A stretch of DNA of 64,000 nt, from the NCBI RefSeq assembly GCF_009914755.1, contig NC_060932.1; one strand, 5' to 3'. The notes beneath the pieces were generated by a model that saw nothing but the letters and a program-made list of their open reading frames with translations, made no database searches and was not told the origin of the DNA. Made by a program: the position numbers and the translations under genes. Shown one piece after another: positions 55,501 to 64,000 of the stretch (position 1 is its first letter; each line of letters begins with the position of its first letter). Origin of the DNA: the human T2T-CHM13v2.0 reference genome, Homo sapiens.

Positions 55501-56575
55501 TTGGAGCGCTTTCAGGCCTATGGTGAAAAAGGAAATATCTTCCCATAAAAACGACATAGAAGCTATCTCAGGAACTTGTTTATGATGCATCTAATCAACT
55601 AACAGTGTTGAACCTTTGTACTGACAGAGCACTTTGAAACACTCTTTTTTTGGAATCTGCAAGTGGATATTTGGATCGCTTTGAGGATTTCGTTGGAAAC
55701 GGGATGCAATATAAAACGTACACAGCAGCATACTCAGAAAATACTTTGCCATATTTCCATTCAAGTCACAGAGTGGAACATTCCCATTCATAGAGCAGGT
55801 TGGAAACACTCTTTTTGGAGTATCTGGAAGTGGACATTTGGAGCGCTTTCTGAACTATGGTGAAAAAGGAAATATCTTCCAATGAAAACAAGACAGAAGC
55901 ATTCTGAGAAACTTATTTGTGATGTGTGTCCTCAACAAACGGACTTGAACCTTTCGTTTCATGCAGTACTTCTGGAACACTCTTTTTGAAGATTCTGCAT
56001 GCGGATATTTGGATAGCTTTGAGGATTTCGTTGGAAACGGGCTTACATGTAAAAATTAGACAGCAGCATTCTCAGAAACTTCTTTGTGGTGTCTGCATTC
56101 AAGTCACAGAATTGAACTTCCCCTCACATAGAGCAGTTGTGCAGCACTCTATTTGTAGTATCTGGAAGTGGACATTTGGAGGGCTTTGTAGCCTATCTGG
56201 AAAAAGGAAATATCTTCCCATGAATGCGAGATAGAAGTAATCTCAGAAACATGTTTATGCTGTATCTACTCAACTAACTGTGCTGAACATTTCTATTGAT
56301 AGAGCAGTTTTGAGACCCTCTTCTTTTGGAATCTGCAAGTGGATATTTGGATAGATTTGAGGATTTCGTTGGAAACGGGATTATATATAAAAAGTAGACA
56401 GCAGCATTCTCAGAAACTTCTTTGTGATGTTTGCATCCAGCTCTCAGAGTTGAACATTCCCTTTCATAGAGTAGGTTTGAAACCCTCTTTTTATAGTGTC
56501 TGGAAGCGGGCATTTGGAGCGCTTTCAGGCCTATGCTGAAAAAGGAGATATCTACCTATAGAAACTAGACAGAAG
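52509..56575 (+). repeat. Three tandem 8-mer HOR units (1356, 1356, 1355 bp)
   Basis: Hybrid M7/M3 starts at 52509, 53865 and 55221; the next true M7 is at 56576. Confidence 0.95.
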
Positions 56576-59500
56576 CATTCTGAGAATCACGTTTGTGATG
56601 TGGGTACTCAACTAACAGTGTTGATCCATTCTTTTGATACAGCAGTTTTGAACCACACTTTTTGTAGAATCTGCAAGTGGATATTTGGATAGCTGTGAGG
56701 ATTTCGTTGGAAACGGGAATGTCTTCATAGAAAATTTAGAGAGAAGCATTCTCAGAACCTTGATTGTGATGTGTGTTCTCCACTAACAGAGTTGAACCTT
56801 TCTTTTGACAGAACTGTTCTGAAACATTCTTTTTATAGAATCTGGAAGTGGATATTTGGAAAGCTTTGAGGATTTCGTTGGAAACGGGAATATCTTCAAA
56901 TAAAATCTAGCCAGAAGCATTCTAAGAAACATCTTAGGGATGTTTACATTCAAGTCACAGAGTTGAACATTCCCTTTCACAGAGCAGGTTTGAAACAATC
57001 TTCTCGTACTATCTGGCAGTGGACATTTTGAGCTCTTTGGGGCCTATGCTGAAAAAGGAAATATCTTCCGACAAAAACTAGACAGAAGCATTCGCAGAAT
57101 CACGTTTGTGATGTGTGCACTCAACTGTCAGAATTGAACCTTGGTTTGGAGAGAGCACTTTTGAAACACTCTTTTTGTAGAATCTGCAGGTGGATATTTG
57201 GCTAGCTTTGAGGATTTCGTTGGAAACGGTAATGTCTTCAAAGAAAATCTAGACAGAAGCATTCTCAGAAACACCTTCGTGATGTTTGCAATCAAGTCAC
57301 AGAGTTGAACCTTCCGTTTCATAGAGCAGGTTGGAAACACACTTTTTGTAGTATCTGGAAGTGGACATTTGGAGGGCTTTGTAGCCTATCTGGAAAAAGG
57401 AAATATCTTCCCATGAATGCGAGATAGAAGTAATCTCAGAAACATGTTTATGCTGTATCTACTCAACTAACTGTGCTGAACATTTCTATTGATAGAGCAG
57501 TTTTGAGACACTCTTCTTTTGGAATCTGCAAGTGGATATTTGGATAGATTTGAGGATTTCGTTGGAAACGGGATTATATATAAAAAGTAGACAGCAGCAT
57601 TCTCAGAAACTTCTTTGTGATGTTTGCATCCAGCTCTCAGAGTTGAACATTCCCTTTCATAGAGTAGGTTTGAAACCCTCTTTTTATAGTGTCTGGAAGC
57701 GGGCATTTGGAGCGCTTTCAGGCCTATGCTGAAAAAGGAGATATCTACCTATAGAAACTAGACAGAAGCATTCTGAGAATCACGTTTGTGATGTGGGTAC
57801 TCAACTAACAGTGTTGATCCATTCTTTTGATACAGCAGTTTTGAACCACACTTTTTGTAGAATCTGCAAGTGGATATTTGGATAGCTGTGAGGATTTCGT
57901 TGGAAACGGGAATGTCTTCATAGAAAATTTAGACAGAAGCATTCTCAGAACCTTGATTGTGATGTGTGTTCTCCACTACCAGAGTTGAACCTTTCTTTTG
58001 ACAGAACTGTTCTGAAACATTCTTTTTATAGAATCTGGAAGTGGATATTTGGAAAGCTTTGAGGATTTCGTTGGAAACGGGAATATCTTCAAATAAAATC
58101 TAGCCAGAAGCATTCTAAGAAACATCTTAGGGATGTTTACATTCAAGTCACAGAGTTGAACATTCCCTTTCACAGAGCAGGTTTGAAACAATCTTCTCGT
58201 ACTATCTGGCAGTGGACATTTTGAGCTCTTTGGGGCCTATGCTGAAAAAGGAAATATCTTCCGACAAAAACTAGACAGAAGCATTCGCAGAATCACGTTT
58301 GTGATGTGTGCACTCAACTGTCAGAATTGAACCTTGGTTTGGAGAGAGCACTTTTGAAACACTCTTTTTGTAGAATCTGCAGGTGGATATTTGGCTAGCT
58401 TTGAGGATTTCGTTGGAAACGGTAATGTCTTCAAAGAAAATCTAGACAGAAGCATTCTCAGAAACACCTTCGTGATGTTTGCAATCAAGTCACAGAGTTG
58501 AACCTTCCGTTTCATAGAGCAGGTTGGAAACACACTTTTTGTAGTATCTGGAAGTGGACATTTGGAGGGCTTTGTAGCCTATCTGGAAAAAGGAAATATC
58601 TTCCCATGAATGCGAGATAGAAGTAATCTCAGAAACATGTTTATGCTGTATCTACTCAACTAACTGTGCTGAACATTTCTATTGATAGAGCAGTTTTGAG
58701 ACACTCTTCTTTTGGAATCTGCAAGTGGATATTTGGATAGATTTGAGGATTTCGTTGGAAACGGTATTATATATAAAAAGTAGACAGCAGCATTCTCAGA
58801 AACTTCTTTGTGATGTTTGCATCCAGCTCCCAGAGTTGAACATTCCCTTTCATAGAGTAGGTTTGAAACCCTCTTTTTATAGTGTCTGGAAGCGGGCATT
58901 TGGAGCGCTTTCAGGCCTATGCTGAAAAAGGAAATATCTACCTATAGAAACTAGACAGAAGCATTCTGAGAATCACGTTTGTGATGTGGGTACTCAACTA
59001 ACAGTGTTGATCCATTCTTTTGATACAGCAGTTTTGAACCACACTTTTTGTAGAATCTGCAAGTGGATATTTGGATAGCTGTGAGGATTTCGTTGGAAAC
59101 GGGAATGTCTTCATAGAAAATTTAGACAGAAGCATTCTCAGAACCTTGATTGTGATGTGTGTTCTCCACTAACAGAGTTGAACCTTTCTTTTGACAGAAC
59201 TGTTCTGAAACATTCTTTTTATAGAATCTGGAAGTGGATATTTGGAAAGCTTTGAGGATTTCGTTGGAAACGGGAATATCTTCAAATCAAATCTAGCCAG
59301 AAGCATTCTAAGAAACAGCTTAGGGATGTTTACATTCAAGTCACAGAGTTGAACATTCCCTTTCACAGAGCAGGTTTGAAACAATCTTCTCGTACTATCT
59401 GGCAGTGGACATTTTGAGCTCTTTGGGGCCTATGCTGAAAAAGGAAATATCTTCCGACAAAAACTAGACAGAAGCATTCGCAGAATCACGTTTGTGATGT

Positions 59501-60155
59501 GTGCACTCAACTGTCAGAATTGAACCTTGGTTTGGAGAGAGCACTTTTGAAACACTCTTTTTGTAGAATCTGCAGGTGGATATTTGGCTAGCTTTGAGGA
59601 TTTCGTTGGAAACGGTAATGTCTTCAAAGAAAATCTAGACAGAAGCATTCTCAGAAACACCTTCGTGATGTTTGCAATCAAGTCACAGAGTTGAACCTTC
59701 CGTTTCATAGAGCAGGTTGGAAACACACTTTTTGTAGTATCTGGAAGTGGACATTTGGAGGGCTTTGTAGCCTATCTGGAAAAAGGAAATATCTTCCCAT
59801 GAATGCGAGATAGAAGTAATCTCAGAAACATGTTTATGCTGTATCTACTCAACTAACTGTGCTGAACATTTCTATTGATAGAGCAGTTTTGAGACACTCT
59901 TCTTTTGGAATCTGCAAGTGGATATTTGGATAGATTTGAGGATTTCGTTGGAAACGGGATTATATATAAAAAGTAGACAGCAGCATTCTCAGAAACTTCT
60001 TTGTGATGTTTGCATCCAGCTCTCAGAGTTGAACATTCCCTTTCATAGAGTAGGTTTGAAACCCTCTTTTTATAGTGTCTGGAAGCGGGCATTTGGAGCG
60101 CTTTCAGGCCTATGCTTAAAATAGGAAATATCTACCTACAGAAACTAGACAGAAG
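56576..60155 (+). repeat. 7-mer run, 3 units, distinct SNV subfamily
   Basis: 3580 = 3x1193+1. The units carry GAGCTCTTTGG, TTGGAGAGAGC and GAAACACACTT variants. Confidence 0.92.
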
Positions 60156-61510
60156 CATTCTGAGAATCACGTTTGTGATGTGGGTACTCAACTAACAGTG
60201 TTGATCCATTCTTTTGATACAGCAGTTTTGAACCACACTTTTTGTAGAATCTGCAAGAGGATATTTGGATAGCTGTGAGGATTTCGTTGGAAACGGGAAT
60301 GTCTTCAAAGAAAATCTAGACAGAAGCATTCTCAGAAACACCTTCGTGATGTTTGCAATCAAGTCACAGAGTTGAACCTTCCGTTTCATAGAGCAGGTTG
60401 GAAACACTCTTATTGTAGTATCTGGAAGTGGACATTTGGAGCGCTTTCAGGCCTATGGTGAAAAAGGAAATATCTTCCCATAAAAACGACATAGAAGCTA
60501 TCTCAGGAACTTGTTTATGATGCATCTAATCAACTAACAGTGTTGAACCTTTGTACTGACAGAGCACTTTGAAACACTCTTTTTTTGGAATCTGCAAGTG
60601 GATATTTGGATCGCTTTGAGGATTTCGTTGGAAACGGGATGCAATATAAAACGTACACAGCAGCATACTCAGAAAATACTTTGCCATATTTCCATTCAAG
60701 TCACAGAGTGGAACATTCCCATTCATAGAGCAGGTTGGAAACACTCTTTTTGGAGTATCTGGAAGTGGACATTTGGAGCGCTTTCTGAACTATGGTGAAA
60801 AAGGAAATATCTTCCAATGAAAACAAGACAGAAGCATTCTGAGAAACTTATTTGTGATGTGTGTCCTCAACAAACGGACTTGAACCTTTCGTTTCATGCA
60901 GTACTTCTGGAACACTCTTTTTGAAGATTCTGCATGCGGATATTTCGATAGCTTTGAGGATTTCGTTGGAAACGGGCTTACATGTAAAAATTAGACAGCA
61001 GCATTCTCAGAAACTTCTTTGTGGTGTCTGCATTCAAGTCACAGAATTGAACTTCCCCTCACATAGAGCAGTTGTGCAGCACTCTATTTGTAGTATCTGG
61101 AAGTGGACATTTGGAGGGCTTTGTAGCCTATCTGGAAAAAGGAAATATCTTCCCATGAATGCGAGATAGAAGTAATCTCAGAAACATGTTTATGCTGTAT
61201 CTACTCAACTAACTGTGCTGAACATTTCTATTGATAGAGCAGTTTTGAGACCCTCTTCTTTTGGAATCTGCAAGTGGATATTTGGATAGATTTGAGGATT
61301 TCGTTGGAAACGGGATTATATATAAAAAGTAGACAGCAGCATTCTCAGAAACTTCTTTGTGATGTTTGCATCCAGCTCTCAGAGTTGAACATTCCCTTTC
61401 ATAGAGTAGGTTTGAAACCCTCTTTTTATAGTGTCTGGAAGCGGGCATTTGGAGCGCTTTCAGGCCTATGCTGAAAAAGGAGATATCTACCTATAGAAAC
61501 TAGACAGAAG
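60156..61510 (+). repeat. 8-mer HOR variant copy 7
   Basis: Near-identical to 55221-56575 at an offset of 4935. Confidence 0.95.
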
Positions 61511-64000
61511 CATTCTGAGAATCACGTTTGTGATGTGGGTACTCAACTAACAGTGTTGATCCATTCTTTTGATACAGCAGTTTTGAACCACACTTTTTGT
61601 AGAATCTGCAAGTGGATATTTGGATAGCTGTGAGGATTTCGTTGGAAACGGGAATGTCTTCATAGAAAATTTAGAGAGAAGCATTCTCAGAACCTTGATT
61701 GTGATGTGTGTTCTCCACTAACAGAGTTGAACCTTTCTTTTGACAGAACTGTTCTGAAACATTCTTTTTATAGAATCTGGAAGTGGATATTTGGAAAGCT
61801 TTGAGGATTTCGTTGGAAACGGGAATATCTTCAAATCAAATCTAGCCAGAAGCATTCTAAGAAACATCTTAGGGATGTTTACATTCAAGTCACAGAGTTG
61901 AACATTCCCTTTCACAGAGCAGGTTTGAAACAATCTTCTCGTACTATCTGGCAGTGGACATTTTGAGCTCTTTGGGGCCTATGCTGAAAAAGGAAATATC
62001 TTCCGACAAAAACTAGACAGAAGCATTCGCAGAATCACGTTTGTGATGTGTGCACTCAACTGTCAGAATTGAACCTTGGTTTGGAGAGAGCACTTTTGAA
62101 ACACTCTTTTTGTAGAATCTGCAGGTGGATATTTGGCTAGCTTTGAGGATTTCGTTGGAAACGGTAATGTCTTCAAAGAAAATCTAGACAGAAGCATTCT
62201 CAGAAACACCTTCGTGATGTTTGCAATCAAGTCACAGAGTTGAACCTTCCGTTTCATAGAGCAGGTTGGAAACACACTTTTTGTAGTATCTGGAAGTGGA
62301 CATTTGGAGGGCTTTGTAGCCTATGTGGAAAAAGGAAATATCTTCCCATGAATGCGAGATAGAAGTAATCTCAGAAACATGTTTATGCTGTATCTACTCA
62401 ACTAACTGTGCTGAACATTTCTATTGATAGAGCAGTTTTGAGACACTCTTCTTTTGGAATCTGCAAGTGGATATTTGGATAGATTTGAGGATTTCGTTGG
62501 AAACGGGATTATATATCAAAAGTAGACAGCAGCAATCTCAGAAACTTCTTTGTGATGTTTGCATCTAGCTCCCAGAGTTGAACATTCCCTTTCATAGAGT
62601 AGTTTTGAAACCCTCTTTTTATAGTGTCTGGAAGCGGGCATTTGGAGCGCTTTCAGGCCTATGCTGAAAAAGGAAATATCTACCTATAGAAACTAGACAG
62701 AAGCATTCTGAGAATCACGTTTGTGATGTGGGTACTCAACTAACAGTGTTGATCCATTCTTTTGATACAGCAGTTTTGAACCACACTTTTTGTAGAATCT
62801 GCAAGTGGATATTTGGATAGCTGTGAGGATTTCGTTGGAAACGGGAATGTCTTCATAGAAAATTTAGACAGAAGCATTCTCAGAACCTTGATTGTGATGT
62901 GTGTTCTCCACTAACAGAGTTGAACCTTTCTTTTGACAGAACTGTTCTGAAACATTCTTTTTATAGAATCTGGAAGTGGATATTTGGAAAGCTTTGAGGA
63001 TTTCGTTGGAAACGGGAATATCTTCAAATCAAATCTAGCCAGAAGCATTCTAAGAAACAGCTTAGGGATGTTTACATTCAAGTCACAGAGTTGAACATTC
63101 CCTTTCACAGAGCAGGTTTGAAACAATCTTCTCGTACTATCTGGCAGTGGACATTTTGAGCTCCTTGGGGCCTATGCTGAAAAAGGAAATATCTTCCGAC
63201 AAAAACTAGACAGAAGCATTCGCAGAATCACGTTTGTGATGTGTGCACTCAACTGTCAGAATTGAACCTTGGTTTGGACAGAGCACTTTTGAAACACTCT
63301 TTTTGTAGAATCTGCAGGTGGATATTTGGCTAGCTTTGAGGATTTCGTTGGAAACGGTAATGTCTTCAAAGAAAATCTAGACAGAAGCATTCTCAGAAAC
63401 ACCTTCGTGATGTTTGCAATCAAGTCACAGAGTTGAACCTTCCGTTTCATAGAGCAGGTTGGAAACACTCTTTTTGTAGTATCTGGAAGTGGACATTTGG
63501 AGGGCTTTGTAGCCTATCTGGAAAAAGGAAATATCTTCCCATGAATGCGAGATAGAAGTAATCTCAGAAACATGTTTATGCTGTATCTACTCAACTAACT
63601 GTGCTGAACATTTCTATTGATAGAGCAGTTTTGAGACACTCTTCTTTTGGAATCTGCAAGTGGATATTTGGATAGATTTGAGGATTTCGTTGGAAACGGG
63701 ATTATATATCAAAAGTAGACAGCAGCATTCTCAGAAACTTCTTTGTGATGTTTGCATCCAGCTCTCAGAGTTGAACATTCCCTTTCATAGAGTAGGTTTG
63801 AAACCCTCTTTTTATAGTGTCTGGAAGCGGGCATTTGGAGCGCTTTCAGGCCTATGCTGAAAAAGGAAATATCTACCTACAGAAACTAGACAGAAGCATT
63901 CTGAGAATCACGTTTGTGATGTGGGTACTCAACTAACAGTGTTGATCCATTCTTTTGATACAGCAGTTTTGAACCACACTTTTTGTAGAATCTGCAAGTG
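61511..64000 (+). repeat. 7-mer HOR run, 2 units plus partial, continuing beyond the window
   Basis: 1193-bp periodicity resumes. Confidence 0.93.

Larger units (their letters stand above)
1..64000 (+). repeat. Alpha satellite higher-order repeat array (active-type centromeric, SF2-like dimeric; probably human chr8 D8Z2)
   Basis: Continuous ~171-bp monomers with alphoid hallmarks: CATTCTCAGAAAC starts, GAGTTGAAC, the CENP-B box TTTCGTTGGAAACGGGA, and TGAAAAAGGAAATATCT in alternate monomers. HOR copies are near-identical. The reconstructed parent unit is 1193+675 = 1355+513 = 1868 bp (11 monomers), with 7- and 8-mer variants as described for D8Z2. Alpha satellite is certain; the chromosome assignment is inferred. 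Confidence 0.97.

Noticed and set aside
80-63860. Recurrent 63-102 aa ORFs on both strands (MFQTCSVKG..., MDIWIDLRI..., MSSTNGLEP...)
   Set aside because: They are chance open frames in alpha satellite that repeat with the HOR period. Many use non-ATG starts, they overlap on opposite strands, they appear or vanish with single SNVs, and they show no recognisable domain or gene context.
1-64000. CRISPR-like pattern of a conserved motif (GAGGATTTCGTTGGAAACGG) at regular spacing
   Set aside because: The motif is the CENP-B box region. The intervening sequences are homologous repeats rather than unique spacers, and there are no cas genes.
1-64000. Transposon insertion (L1/Alu), inversion or foreign DNA
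   Set aside because: All inter-unit distances are accounted for by 1193, 1355/1356 or 1022 bp (plus or minus 1-2 bp), and orientation is constant, leaving no room for an insert.

Overview
The whole 64 kb is one uninterrupted, single-orientation array of primate centromeric alpha satellite (~171-bp monomers) arranged as a very homogeneous higher-order repeat (HOR). It has alternating CENP-B-box and pJ-alpha/A-box monomers, the dimeric organisation of suprachromosomal family 2. Three HOR structural variants are present: about 44 copies of a 1193-bp 7-mer, seven copies of a 1355/1356-bp 8-mer, and two tandem copies of a 1022-bp 6-mer. The 7-mer and 8-mer are both in-register deletion derivatives of a 1868-bp 11-mer that can be reconstructed from them but never occurs intact here. 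That size and variant set match what is published for the human chromosome 8 active array D8Z2; this assignment is an inference and was not checked by alignment. I see no genes, RNA genes, mobile elements or CRISPR arrays. All ORFs in the track are incidental repeat translations, and I find no new protein-coding system. The notable biology is structural: the rare 6-mer, mappable recombination junctions, variant-dependent CENP-B box density, multi-HOR tandem duplications (6127, 2386, 5965 and 4935 bp offsets), mosaic 8-mers and local mutation clusters. Monomer labels are my own: 7-mer M1-M7 start at 44, 215, 386, 557, 728, 895 and 1066; the 8-mer-specific monomers are X1-X4.
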